From: the human T2T-CHM13v2.0 reference genome, Homo sapiens
Strand: one strand, 5' to 3'
Length of the DNA: 64,000 bases
NCBI RefSeq assembly: GCF_009914755.1
Contig: NC_060947.1
Positions 39,481 to 53,736 of the stretch are shown here, one piece after another. The notes under the pieces are model-generated. The model saw only the letters and a program-made list of their open reading frames with translations, did no database searches and was not told the DNA's origin. How positions within the stretch are numbered: the stretch's first letter is position 1; each line of letters begins with the position of its first letter. The translations under genes were made by a program, and so were the position numbers.

Positions 39481-41444
39481 CTCTTTTTCTGGCTGGATTA
39501 TCATAATGCATTGCAGTCTATTACATGTTCTTTCCCTTGATTCTTTTTGTAGTACAAAATAGAACTGTTTGTCTTTTAAGCTATCAATGCAAAGAAAACC
39601 CATATTATTTAATAAGGCAGTAAATATTTAAAATAACTTAATCTTTAAAACCTCCAAAAGTGCCAACTTGCCCAGAAAACCCATTTATATTCTCCTAAAA
39701 ATCTGTATCTATAGTCTCATCATCCTGTAATTTGACTCATTTATCTTTCTATACCAAGCTAAATGAAATACTGGTTTATTATTTTACAATTTGAATTAAA
39801 TGCTAGAATTGCAAGCTTTTAAAAAATACTTAAGATAAATATATAAATATATTTCAATGAACACATAGGTTAAATATATTTTCAAAGATAACTGTGTAAG
39901 AAACTTATCATTTAGAAGATTATTTCTAAAGGAAAATGCCGTATCTCCAAACAAGTAATGTGCAAGTTAGCATTTAGAGCTCAACCACTTTCTAATTGGG
40001 TAATGTGTGTTGTCAGTACTGCGGAGACCTGAAGTCTAGCTAAGTAAGTCATTTAACAAGGTCAAGTGCCATCAGCTGATATATATCCAGATTGCAGAAG
40101 AAATTTTTAAATAACCAGGTTTTGAAGGGTGTGTGTACCACAGAGCCACCCAACTATTTCTATAAGTTTTTAAAAGAAAACGTGGGCCCAGTAAAGAAAC
40201 CAGCATTTTCCTACCACAGTGCAATGACACATACTCTTAGGTACATAGAAGCCTGAAGCATGCTTTGCAGTAAGATTCATTGCTCTCTAAGATATGATAA
40301 CAAAGAATATATATGTATATATATATATTTTTTATATATATATGTAAAATATTCTTCTGAGAGCTATATGAGATAAAGAACAGATACAATTTTGACACGT
40401 GATTTAAGTTTTCCCATTCTTATTTTTTCTGAAAGCTATATTTACAATATTCTTAGAAAAAAATTTTTTGAAGTTTCCCATTAAAGCTTTCAACAGTCCC
40501 CATTTCCACAATAGTTAGACATTCCCTCCTCTGTGCTTCCATAACATCATGTAGATGTCTGATTAGAATAGGATCTGCTATGGCTAGTCCAACCTGAGCA
40601 CTCGTTGGTCTGTTGGCCTCCCCGGGCCCCAGTCTGACCACGCTTGCTTACAGGGCAGTCTCGGGTACCCTGGGGCCCACAACATAGCTTCTGTTCCTGA
40701 CTGATGGAGAGCTCCAGCAAGACAGCTCTTACTGCCATTCCCTAGCCTGCACGTTCCCTCCCCATACTGCAGATTCCCATGAGCCCACAACAAGCTCCCA
40801 CATCACTTTGCTGGTGCAGGTCTGCATGGATGGGTTATGCTTTACTTGCCAATCCAGCACGTGGAAATGCAGTATTCCCCCCAACCCCTGCTGACTGACA
40901 TTGCAGACAGAGCCTTGGCAGGCACAGAGCCTGAAAGCCCCACCCCCACCAGCACCCCATCCTTATGCTAACCCTACGAAGAGAATAGGGGATCCTCTCA
41001 CACCCTGAGTTAGCACTCCTTCTTGCAGGACACAGAGAAGGCACCCAGACATGAACCCACCAGAATCCCACCCCAAGCTAACACCAGCTCCAGTGCAACA
41101 GCACGCACAATCTCCAGCAGGGACACACCACTCTCCATCCAGCTTCTTTGCCCCCACCACTGTGGTGAATGCCCACAGGGAAGCAGCCACCCCTGTATCC
41201 ACTAGAGCTCTGTTGTAGCTGTTGTACCTAGGCCCCCCGCAGTGCAGTGGACTCCAAACCCTGAGGGGATGGAGAAAAACACTGGGGCCCAATTCAAGTC
41301 CCCCAGAGTTAGAACACAGTCTTGGAGTTGGGAGCTGAGCATTAGTTCCTAAAACCTCCCAGAAACAAAGACAGTTGGCTGAATCCACCTTATACCATAA
41401 CCAAACCCTCAAGGTCATCAAATACGATAAAAGAAACACCCCAC

Positions 41445-41493
<49 letters not shown>

Positions 41494-41529
41494 CAGCAAC
41501 CTCAAAGTTTGAAGGTAGATAAGCCCACA

Positions 41530-42507
41530 ATGACGAGAAAGACTCAGCACAAGAGCAATGAAAATTCAAAAAGTTGGAGTGTCTTTCCTCCAAATGACCG
41601 CATCAAATATCCAGCAAGGGTTCAGAAATGGCTGAGGCTGACATAGCTGAAATGACAGAAACAGAATTCAAACTATGGATAGGAACAAATTTCACTGAGC
41701 TACAGGAGTACGTTGTAACCCAATGCAAGAAAGCTAAAAATTATGATAAAATATTGTAGGACCTGACAGAAAAAATAGCCAGTATATAGAAGAATGTAAC
41801 TGACCTAATAGAGCTGAAAAACACACTACAAGTATTCTACAATGCAATTACAGGTATTAATAACAGAATAGATGAGGCAGAGAAAATCATCTCAGATCTT
41901 GAAGGCTGGCTTTCAGAAAAAAAATGATAGGCATTCAAGAAAATGTTCATGAAAATGAACAAACAACCTCTGATAAATATGGGATTACATAAAGAGACAA
42001 ATACTAGGACTGACTGGTGTCCATGAAAGAGATGAGGAGAGTGGAACCAATGTGGAAAACATATTTCAGGATATCACCCAGGAGAACTTCCCCAGCCTAG
42101 CTAGAGAGGCCAATGTTCAAATTCAGGAAATGCAGAGAACCCCAGTAAGATACTTCACAAGAAGATTATCCCCAAGACACAGAATCATCAGATTCTCCAA
42201 GGTCAAAATGAAAGAAAAATTTAAAAAAGCCCACCAGACTAACAGTGGACCTCTCAGCTGAAAGCCTATGAGCCAGAAAAGACTGGGGGCAAATATTTAA
42301 AATTCTTAAAGAAAAGAAATTCCAACCCAGAATTTCATATCTGGCCAAAGTAAGCTTTATAAGCAAAGGAGAAATAAGATCCTTTTCAGACAAGCAAATG
42401 TTGATTGAATTCATTACCAACAGACCTGCCTTACAAGAACTCCTGAAGGAAGTACTAAATATAAAAAGGAAAGACCGTTACCAGCCACTACATAAACACA
42501 CTGAAGG
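41530..42507 (+). pseudogene. L1 ORF1p remnant (stops, frameshifts, deletion near 42220)
   Basis: ORF 42052-42261 ENIFQDITQENFPSLAREANVQIQEMQRTP...PRHRIIRFSKV is L1 ORF1p RRM region. Confidence 0.88.
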
Positions 42508-42574
42508 ATACAGACCAGTGACACTATGAAGCAACCACATGAAGAAGTCTGCAAAATAACCAGCTAACTACATG

Positions 42575-43426
42575 ATGACAGGATTATATACACATATATC
42601 AATACTCACCTTAAATGTGAATGGGCTGAAAGCCCCAATTAAAAGACACAGAATGGGAAGCTGAATGGAGAACCAAGACCAATTGGTATGCTGTCTTCAA
42701 GGCACACATCTCACATGCAGTAGTATATACATAGGCTCAAAATACAGAGATGGAGAAAAATCTACCAAGCAAATGGAAAATAGAAAAAAAGCAGGAATTG
42801 CAATCCTACAGTAGTAGTGGGAGACTTTAGCATCCCACTGACAAGACAGATCAGGACAGAAAATTAACAAAGATATTTAGGACCTGAACTCAGCACTGGA
42901 TCAAATGGACCTGATAGATATCTACAGTACTCTCCACTCAAAAACAACAAAATACATATTCTTCTCACTTCCACGTGGAACATACTCTAAATTTGATCAC
43001 ATAATTGGAAGTGAAACACTCCTCAGAAAATGTAAAAGTACTGAAATTATAACAGTCTTTCAGACCACAGCACACAAAAAAATAGAATTCAACACTCAAA
43101 AATTCACTCAAAACCATACAATTACATGGAAATTAAACAACATGCTCTGAAATGACTTCTCGATAAACAATAAAATTAAGGTAGAACTCAAGAAGTTCTT
43201 CGAAACTAATGAGAACAAAAATACAGCATACCAGAATCTCTGGGACACAGCTAAGGCATTATTAATAGGAAGATTTATAGCACTAAATGCCCACATCAAA
43301 AAGTGACAAAGATTACAAGTTAACAACCTAACATGGCAACCAAAAGAACTAGAGAACCAAGAGCAAACAAATACCTCAGCTAGCAGAGGACAAGAAATAA
43401 CCAAAATCAGAGCTGAACTGAAGAAG

Positions 43427-43463
<37 letters not shown>

Positions 43464-46220
43464 GTTCAGAAGATCAACAAATACAGGAGATGGCTTCTTG
43501 AAAAAATAAATAATATAGATAGACCACTAACTAGACCAATAAAGTTAAAAAGAGAGAAGATTCAACTAAACACAATCAGAAATGAGAAGGGTATCACCAC
43601 TGATATCATAGAAATACAAACAACCATCAAAGAATATTACAAACACCTCTATGCACATAAACTAGAAAATAGAGAAGAAATGAACAAATTCCTTGACACA
43701 TACACCTCCCAAGAATGAACCAGGAAGAGACTGAATCCCTGAACAGACCAATAATAAGCTCTGAAATTGAGTCAGTAATAAATAGCCTACCAACCAAAAG
43801 AAGCTCAGACCAGATGGATTCACAGCAGAATTCTACCAGATGTACAAAGAAGAGCTGGTACTTTTCCTTCTGAAACTATTCCAAAATATTGAGTTGAAGA
43901 GGAAGAACTCCTCCTTAACTAACTGTGAGGACAGCATCATCTTGATACCAAAACCTGGAAGAGATACAACAAAGAAAGATAATTTCAGTCCAATATCTTT
44001 GATGAACAGCAATCCAAAAATCCTCAATGAAATACTGAGAAATCGAATCCAGCAGCACATAAAAAGACTTATCCAACACGATGTAGTGGGCTTTTTCTCT
44101 GGGATGCAAAGTTGGTTCAACATATGCAAATCAATAAATGTGATTCATCACATAAACAGAACTAAAGAAAAAAAGCATATGATTATTTCAATAGATGCAG
44201 AAAAGACGTTTGATAAAATTCAACATCCATTCATTTTAAAAACTCTCAAGAAACTAGTAATTGAAGGAACATACCACAAAATAATAAGAGCCAACTATGA
44301 CAACCCCATAGCCAACATCATACTGAATGGGCAAAAGCTGGAAGCATTCTCGTTAAAAACCCGCAAAAGACAAGGATGCCTTCTCTCACCACTGCTATTC
44401 AACATAGCATTGGAAGTCCTGGCCAGGGAAATCAGGCAAGAGAAAGAAAAAAATAGGCATCCAAATAGCAAGAGAGGAGCTGAAACTGTCCCTGTTTGCA
44501 GATGGCATAATCCTCTAGCTGGAAAACCCTACAGTCTCAGCCCCAAATATTCTTAAGCTTATAAGCAATTTCAGCAAAGTCTTGGGATACAAAAATCAAT
44601 GTGCAAAAGTCACTGACATTCCTATACACGAACAACAGTCTAGCTGAGAGCCAAATCAGGAAGATAATCCCATTTACAATTTCCACAAAAAGAATAAAAT
44701 ACCTAGAAATACAGCTAACTATGGAGATGAAAGTTCTATACAAGGAAAACTACAAAACACACTGCTCAAAGTCATCAGAGATTACACAAATAAATGGAAA
44801 AACCTCCCATGCTCATGCATACGATGAATCAATATCTTTAAAATGGCTATACTTCCCAAAGCAATGAATAGATTCAAGGCTATTCCCATTAAGCTTCCAC
44901 TGATATTCTTCCCAGAACAAGAAAAAACTATTTAAAAATTCATATGGAACAATATAAAAGCCCAAATAGCCAAGGCAATCCTGAGCAAAAAGAACAAAGC
45001 TGGAAGCTTGTTGCCTGACTTTAAAATATATTACAGGGCTACAGTAACCAAAACAGGATGGCACTGGTACAAAAACAGTCACATAGACCAAAGGAACACA
45101 ATTGAGAACCCAGAAATAAGATCCCACATCTTCAAATATCTGATGTTCCACAAACCTGACAAAAAAACAAACAATGGGGAAAGGATTCCCCATTTAATAA
45201 ATGGTGCTGGGATAACTGGCTAGCCATATGCAGAAGATTAAATCTAGACTCCTTCCTTACAACATGTACAAAAATGAACTCAAGATGAGTTAAGGACTTA
45301 AATGTAAAACCCAAAACTGTAAAAGCCCTGGAAGACAACCTAGGCAATACTATTCAGGACATAGACATGGGCAAACATTTTATGATAAAGATACCTAAAG
45401 CAATTATGACAAAAGCAAAAATTGATAAATCAGATCTAATTAAACAAAAGAGACTCTGTACAGGCAAGGACGCTATCAACAAAGTAAACAGACAGTCTAC
45501 AGAATGGGAGAACAATTTTGAAAACTATGCATTTAACAAAGGTCTAATATCCATCACCTATAAGGAACTTAAATTTACAAGAAGAAAAAAAACAATCCTA
45601 TTAAAATGTGGGCAAAGAACATGAACAGGCACTTTTCAAAAGAAGACATACATGCAGCCAACAATCAGTTGACAAAATGCTGAACATCACTGATCACTAG
45701 AGAAATGCAAATCAAAACTGCAATGAGATACCAGTTCACACCAGTCAGAATGGCTATTAATAAGAAGTCAAAAAGTAACGGATGCTGGCAATGCTGTAGA
45801 AAAAAAGATCACTTATACACTGTTAGTGGGAGTGTAAATTAGTTCAACCATTGTGGAAGACAGTATGGAAACTTCTCAAAGAGCTAAGAACAGAAATACC
45901 ATTCAACCCAGGCATCCCATCACTGGATATATATCCAAAGGGATATAAGTCTTTCTATTATAAAGACATATGCTTGTGTATGTTTATTGCAGCACTATTC
46001 CCAATAGCAAAGACATGGTATCAACCTAAATCCTCATCAATGGTAGAATGGATAAAGAAAATGTAGTAAATATACACCACGGAATACTATGCAGCCATAA
46101 AAAAACAAAATCATGTTCTTTGCAGGGACATGGATGGAGCTGGAGGCTGTTATTCTTAGCAAATTAATTCAGGAACAGAAAATCGAACGCTGCATGTTCT
46201 CACTTATAATTTGGAGCTAA
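42575..46220 (+). pseudogene. L1 ORF2p (endonuclease/reverse transcriptase) remnant
   Basis: Starts MTGLYTHISILTLNVNGLKAPIKRHR; longest open piece 43840-44556 (238 aa; [35 protein letters not shown] motifs); many disablements. Confidence 0.92.
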
Positions 46221-46899
46221 ATGATGACAACATATGGAAACAGAAGGGAGCAACACACACTGGGACCTATTGGAGAGTGGGGTGAAGGGTGGGAGGTAGA
46301 GGATTAGGAAAGATAACTAGTGGGTACTAGGCTTAATACCTGGGTGATGAAATAATCTGTACAACAAAGCCTCATGACACAAATGTACCTGTGTAACAAA
46401 CCTGCACATGTACTCCTGAACTTAAAAGTTAAAAAAAAAAAAAAAAGAATAAGATCTGCATCCATAATTTGATGACTTCATTTTTAAGGAATAAAAATTG
46501 CTTCACCTGACTATTTTTCCTGAAACTTTTACATTTTACCTAATCCCTTAATATTTCCTTTGACTCGATAAATAACTAGGTTGTTAAATAGTAATTAGCC
46601 CAAAGAGAGTATATACCAGGATGTCAGAAGCATAAAGAATAATGGTTTTGTTTAATTGTTTATCCACATATATATCTGTGATGTTTGTATTTTGAGATCT
46701 AGTCTGTTCACCTAACTGTAGTTGATAGCATGGTTATTGTTATGACTCACGATTGCACAGAATTGATGATGACCTTAACACCTAAGCATTAAATCTTTTC
46801 TTCTCCCATGTATCAAACATGGATGTGCCATCTTCACCTCATACAACATTATCAATTATAAAACTCTTTTATCATTATTCCTTAGTTATCGTTTCCGTT

Positions 46900-47850
46900 C
46901 AAGTATTTACAGAATGTTTAAGAGGTTTAATACAATCTCTTCATTTTACAGAAGGAAAAACAAACCTCAAAGTGAATGTGACTTGCTTAGGTTTACATAC
47001 GTAATTAGTGAGGGAACCAGACAAGAGTCAACTGTTGTTTTTCTCACTATACAATTTCTGTCTATGGCATTTTTATTCATCCTTCATTTCAACCTATTCA
47101 TTTCTATGGATCTAAAATATTATAAAAGTTGTTCATTAATTGAATACTTTTTGAAGCATAGTTTTTTCTCAGCTACTACTAACATCATCCCAACCTAGGT
47201 TCCACATTATCTTACGTCTGAAGAAATGCGATAGTTTTTTAACTGATCACCTTGAAGACAGTTTATTTATGCACCCCCACTGTGACAAACATAAAGATTT
47301 AAAGATTGTTTTTGTGGAGTGTCATGCATTATTCTTCACTCTACTTTAAGACCTATAATAGCTACAAATAAAATTAAACTTCCTCATGCTTTTAAGCATA
47401 AGATTGATTATACTTTGCTAAGCTAGCTTTACCTATCCCACCCAATCTTAGATTCTGCCACTCCCCAGCATGTGCCCATTATTCCTGGAAACATCATCTG
47501 CTAATTCCTAATGCCTGTGACATTTACTCTTGCTTTTATCTCTTGGCACTTCTTATCGCCTTAACTGGAAATACTCTTTCCATCTTTGCAAAGATGATCG
47601 TGTCAGTTTCCATACCTTTCCATGAATTGTTTTTTTTCCTTCCTGTTCAACCCATAAATTTTTTAAAAAATACTTTTGATATTTTACTATATCAAAGTTA
47701 GCATTTAAATATTATGCTATGTTGATCACTTTTCATTTAGCACGGGTCATTCTTTTTATACTCACTATATAACATCAAGTTTATAGCTCATTCCTCTTTT
47801 ATATCCGAAGAGCACTACAGCGGCATTAAATAACGGTAAATATTCAAGAT
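46900..47850. mobile_element. MIR (-, about 46900-47050) and L2 (+, about 47150-47850) fragments
   Basis: cattttacagaaggaaaaac...gtgacttgcttaggtttaca; pyrimidine-rich L2-like body. Confidence 0.55.
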
Positions 47851-48772
47851 ACACTGCCTTAAACACATTTCTTTCTGATGCTCAGACAGAAAACGTGATG
47901 TAGCCAACTTGTAAAGATTTTCTCTCTGAAACATGTCATACTGCTAGGAAAATTTTTGAAAAGTTAGTATTTTAGATACGTAAGTAGAAATGCAAGGCTA
48001 AACATGCACTCTGTGAATATACATCTATGAAAATATTTACTGATTATTTTTTACATCTAGTTTTCCTGATTGTAGTAGGAATACAATATTTCCTTTTAAC
48101 ATTGTAGGCTGAGTTCATTTTAAAGTAAAAACTTCTTGAGATAAGTAAAATAATGCATTTAAATTACCCAACACAGTTTCTGGCACAATGGAGGGTACTC
48201 AAGAAATGATAGTTTCTTCTCTGCTTTCAAGTGAAGTAAAGAAAAAAGAAACAGCATTCAAAATGTGATCTATTTTTCCAAATCTGTGTACACTTAACAC
48301 GTACTACTAAAGTGTATTTTTTTCTGCCTCTGTTTAAATCTGTATATTTTATATAAAAGGATTCTGCTTGTTTTCTGATTTTTATCTCTTATGAGATGCT
48401 TAAGGGGCTACTTGGTTTCTGATATATTTTGCAACATTTAAGTTGAAGGTACTGTTCCTTTTAGGTACCAGAGTCTTTTCATGATATTCAAAATTTTCAC
48501 TTTATTTTATTGTCCTATGGTTACACTAAATCCGTGTTTATTGTAACTTTTGGCACACTGAAATGTTTTGGAGATAAAGAATGTCTTTTAAGATTTCCAC
48601 TGAGTCTTTCTATAAAGTTTTCTCATTTACGGTAATCCTTCTTTTAGATTACATGGAAGGGATTTGCAGTGCATTGTTTGAACAGAATAAATATAAGAGT
48701 CTTATTCTTTGCAAGTCAGCTTAATCCGTCTAAAGCTGACATTTTGATGCAACTCATAAAATGTCTGTTGAT

Positions 48773-48775
<3 letters not shown>

Positions 48776-48813
<38 letters not shown>
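48776..48813. repeat. (CA)n microsatellite
   Basis: Read directly. Confidence 0.95.
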
Positions 48814-48815
<2 letters not shown>

Positions 48816-51260
48816 CTATCTATATAGTTAGATACATTAGAGGTAAAGTACTGGCCGCATTTTGTCATTGAGAATATCCTACCTCAATTATCTTAAGTGT
48901 TGAAACAAAACAATCATTAAACAGTTTCCATATTTTGCATTAAAATATATTTCTAAAAACATATTTCCTTACCCTTTTGTGCAAAAGTGTTACCTGCCTA
49001 TTCATTGAAGAAAATAAATGCTATTGACCAATATGTAAAGGCATTTTTCAAACTTGTTTTACCCAATAACCTGGACCTCTGCAGCTGCATATAAATATTT
49101 GAGGGCCTATTAAAAATCTAAAATTTTAATTTCCCCCAAATTACTGGTGCATCAAAACATAACCAAATTTTAAATGTACGAATCTGACTCAAAGTAATAT
49201 TTGTTGCCTACATTGATTTTACATGCACTGAAATTATCTAAACCAAAAAAGACCATCAAAAGTGCCTCGTTGACACTCTAAATTTGCCTCATCCTACTGT
49301 TACTAAGAATTAGAAGCAGCACCAGAAAATGCTGACAATTTTTTTTTTTTGCATATTTGGCTGTCTTCACATCAAGTAAAATCTGCTAAAAAAAAAAAAC
49401 AAAAAAAAAAAACAAAAAAAAACTCCCAAAGCCAAGTGTTAGCTATGAGCTTTAAATGTGTGAGGACTCATCTTCTATCTAATAAAGAAAAATACACTGG
49501 AGGTAGCCCTGCATCTACAGTACACGTTAACACACAAAAAAAATGCTCAAAATTCCAATTGATTTGTTTATATTAATTTTAGTCAAATATAATTGTAGAA
49601 AATCATCAAATTGACAGAGGGCTCTCTTCCAGTCAACATTTTCTGGATATTTTCCTCATTTCCCTTTTCTAATTATTCAGTCACGTCTATAAATCTAGAA
49701 TGTACAAAAGCAAGGAAAAAAAACAATCCTGAAAGAAGGAAGTCTGTTAATTTATTTTTATTCTCACCATTTTTTCATTTATAATATTTTATAAGTCTCC
49801 AGGTAATTTGGAAAACATCTTTCTTATTGAGATATCTTTTAAAATATTACTTAGATAAAGATGACCATTTGTTACCAGTTTTCTTTGTCTATGTGGATTA
49901 AATATAAGTCCCTTGTCCTAAATAAGGCCATGACCTGTACATAGGAATTTTAGAAGCTGTACTGATTGTTAAATGTTTAGCTCATGGATTGATTTTGACC
50001 ATGTAATCAAATCAAGAATTTTGATTTTGACAGTTAGTAATCAACACAGTAGTCTCAGGAACTACTCAGATTATATCTTCACTTGAATTATTTAAATTTA
50101 TTATGTTACAAGAAAAAAACCACAAAGAACATTTTAGAAAATTTGATTAAGTCGTCAAATCCTCTCTCTCTCTGTCTTTCTTTCTCTCTCTAACCCACCC
50201 ACATGCACACAATGCACAATGAATGTATAAGTTTGAGGTAATATTTAGTTAATGAAGGCCCTCCCTGTAAAAATCTTATTTTTTCTATTCAAGATGCTTT
50301 TACAATATGTATTGCTTGTTTCAAAACACACCATATTTTAAAGAGAAATATGAAACTTTCTCAGGAACAGCCAGATCTATATGATGAGTGAGGGTCCTAG
50401 AAAATAAAGGAGTTGATAAGTAATAAATACAGAAAATATTTATACTAGATATGAAAGAACAGGAATGAGATCAGATGGAACTTGGCCTTGTCTTTCTGGA
50501 AGATATAAACAGTTGCAGCAAAACAATGCTATCATTATAACAATGAGAGCAAGAAAGATGAACTACAAAGTAAAGATATTTTTAAAACGAGTTAGGGGGA
50601 GGCAGAGCAAGGTGGTGGTAAGTCATCTATGTTAAAAGAGCTCCTGGACGAGGTGGACAATTCTTTCAAAGGGCTTATCAAAACACTAGATACAGAACAG
50701 TAAATAATGAAGTTGAAGACAGATAAATGCAGAAAACATGTTTGATAAAATCTAATATTAATGGCAGATAGAAACATCTCAGCAAACTACAAATAGAAAT
50801 AACCTGATAAAGGTTATATACCAAAAAATGCATAGCTTGCATTATACTTTATGATTAAGGAATGAATACTTTCTCTCTTAGATCAGGAAAAATGCAAGGA
50901 TGTTTCCTGTTATCTATCAGTTTAACATTTTACTGGAGGTCCTATACAGTGTAATAAGCTAAAAAAAAAAAAAAAAAAAACGAAGTCATATGAGAAAGAA
51001 GTAAAACTGGCTTTTTTCCTTGATCCTTTATGTAGATAATTAAATAAAATATCAATAGAATAAATAAAATGTCAAAACTTATTAAATTGTATACTTACAA
51101 TATGTGCAGTGGACTGTATGCTAATCATACATTGGTAAAGTAGTTTTAAAAAATTAAAGAATTGAAAATTAAAACAACAGTATGTAGAAGAAACAGAATT
51201 AAATTTAAAAACAATCAGAAATCACTAACACTGGAAGTGAACAAGATCCACTAAATAAGT

Positions 51261-51812
51261 CGCATTCATTGTCTGTTGTTACGTAACAAACCATTCAAAA
51301 ATCTAGTGGCTTAAAACAACACATATTTATCATCTTGTAATGTCTATGGGTCAGCAATCTGGACATGGTTTATCTGGGTCCTCTGCTTCAAAGCCCTTCA
51401 GAAGGCCACAACCAAGCTGTCAAGCCAGGTTCTGTAATCTCTCACATCTGAAGGGTCAGTTGAGAAAGTATTTGCTTCCAAGCTTGCACAGGTGGTTGGT
51501 AGCAGGATTCAGTTTCTTGAGGAATATTAGACAGAGGGGCTCAGTCTCTTGCTGATTGTTGGCTGAAAGCTCCTCCTTGCCAGGAAGCCCTCTCTGTAAC
51601 AGCAAACATAGAAGAAGACTCAGAGAGAGAGAATACCAGCAAGAGAGAGGTGAAAATCGTTTTAGTCTAATTACAGAAGAAACATTCCATCATTCCTGCC
51701 ATAGTCTATGCATTGGAAGAAAGTTACTAGCTCTAGCCTACAATAGTGGAATGAGAATACCACAGGGATGTGAATACCAAGAAGCGCAGGGGTCATTGAA
51801 AGCCATGTGCGG
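51261..51812 (-). mobile_element. MLT1F/G-type MaLR LTR
   Basis: gtaacaaaccattcaaaaatctagtggcttaaaacaacacatattta...gggtcagcaatctgg...cagggatgtgaataccaagaagc. Confidence 0.8.
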
Positions 51813-52024
51813 AACATACAAATTATCAAAATTGACACAATAAATAAAACTTTAGAATAGCCATGTAGCCACTTAAAAATGCTTTACTGTTGAATTCTAA
51901 ATGTTTAAGAAAGAAATAGCATCAATCTTTTGAAAATCTTTCCAAAATAGAAAAGATTACTTTCCTACTCATTTTATGAGGAAATTATTATTCTGAAACT
52001 AAAACCAAAGATATTCTAAGAAAT

Positions 52025-52189
52025 TATATATATATGTTATATATATGTTATATATATGTTATATATATATGTTATATATATGTTATATATATATGTTATA
52101 TATATGTTATATATATATGTTATATATATGTTATATATATGTTATATATATGTTATATATATATATTTATGTTATATATATATATATAT
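52025..52189. repeat. AT-rich minisatellite, unit about (TA)4-5TGT
   Basis: Repeated gttatatatatat units. Confidence 0.95.
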
Positions 52190-53409
52190 AAAATAAGCCT
52201 GTATTCCTCACTAATATGCAGGAAAAACTCATTAATAAAATAACACCAAATCTAGTGCAACTAGATATAAAATTATCTCATCACCAAGTATGGCTAACTA
52301 TAGGGACGCAAGTTTGTGTTAATATAGGAAAATCAATTAGTCATGTAATATTTATTAAAATACTCCTGTGTCATTAAATAGTCCTCAATAGTTATGAAAG
52401 AATGAATGAAGATTATCTCTTTATATGAATACAATGTAACCAAACCCATATTTATGCATATTTTTTGACATCTCAAATTTATGGTAGTGTGAAATAACCT
52501 TGTGATTCACTCTCCATACCTATTTTTTATTAAATACTGCTTTATTTTCAGAATTTAAGTGAGTACAAATAGTTCCCAAACTCAACTGAATGCATGATTT
52601 ATGTCTTGATAAAAAAAAAGTTTATAACAATTTGGCCTAGATGATACTATATATCCAAATTGGAAATGCTTCTGCTGATCAAAACAATGAGCAAATCTCT
52701 AAAAATTATATAACATTAAAAGACTTATACTCAAAAGGAAAATTAAAATCTCTATAAAATGGAAATCAAACATAAATACAAAGTGGTAAGGAAGATAGGA
52801 TGAGAACTTTATGAGATTAGTGAAGGGGAGCAAGTCAAGACAACCACACATTTAAGTTCCAAGAGATAGCAGAGGCTAATAGTGCAGCAAACATGTGCGG
52901 GGACTAATGCTTGTTCAACCAAAAATATAGGCAAGAATCAACCACCCGTGAAAGGATACCAAGAAAAAGCTATAAGCTCATACTGAAGCTAGGGTTTAAC
53001 AGCGGATGCTGGAACTGAGAAGCCCATCCTTGCGGCTAGGAGCTCGGCTAAGCTGCCTGCTGGCTTAGAGACTGCATCTGTGACAAGAAATCAATTATGA
53101 TAATATTTTCCTTTGTGGTTCTGTTCTAGGGATCAAATTAAAGCAATATCAAGTCCATTTGTCAGGGAGATTTGAGCACATGAAAAAATAAGAAAATAAA
53201 ATAGTCCTACTATAAGTAAATCAGCAAACCGACTTGCAAACACATAAGAAAAGTTAACATTAAAAATACCATAAAGTGAAAAATATAGAAAATGTGTTAA
53301 CTTTGGAAGACATGGAAATTATAAATAAATCCAACATCATTTTTAACTTAAAGATGACTACAAGGTTCAAGGAGATAAATGAAAAAATTTTATGCATAAA
53401 ACAAAAATG

Positions 53410-53736
<327 letters not shown>

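Larger units (their letters stand above)
40579..46445 (+). mobile_element. Near full-length inactive L1PA (about PA13-16): 5'UTR, ORF1, ORF2, 3'UTR, polyA
   Basis: 14-bp TSD agaata(g/a)gatctgc at 40565-78 and 46446-59; polyA 46431-46445. Confidence 0.95.

Noticed and set aside
40303-40356. AT-rich hairpin aagaatat...atattctt
   Set aside because: Self-complementarity is expected from a (TA)n tract; the 8-bp stem is not significant in this base composition.
40963-41550. 195-aa minus-strand ORF as an ORF0-like antisense L1 protein
   Set aside because: Non-ATG start, crosses a (TG)n giving VCVC repeats, lies in GC-rich UTR where stops are rare; no recognisable similarity.
43840-44556. 238-aa ORF with reverse-transcriptase motifs as a novel RT gene or retron-like system
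   Set aside because: It is a surviving piece of L1 ORF2 inside a TSD-bounded L1 with stops and frameshifts on both sides; the catalytic FADD motif is out of frame.
49388-49422. A-rich run as the tail of a processed pseudogene
   Set aside because: No upstream ORF, polyA signal or TSD that I could identify.
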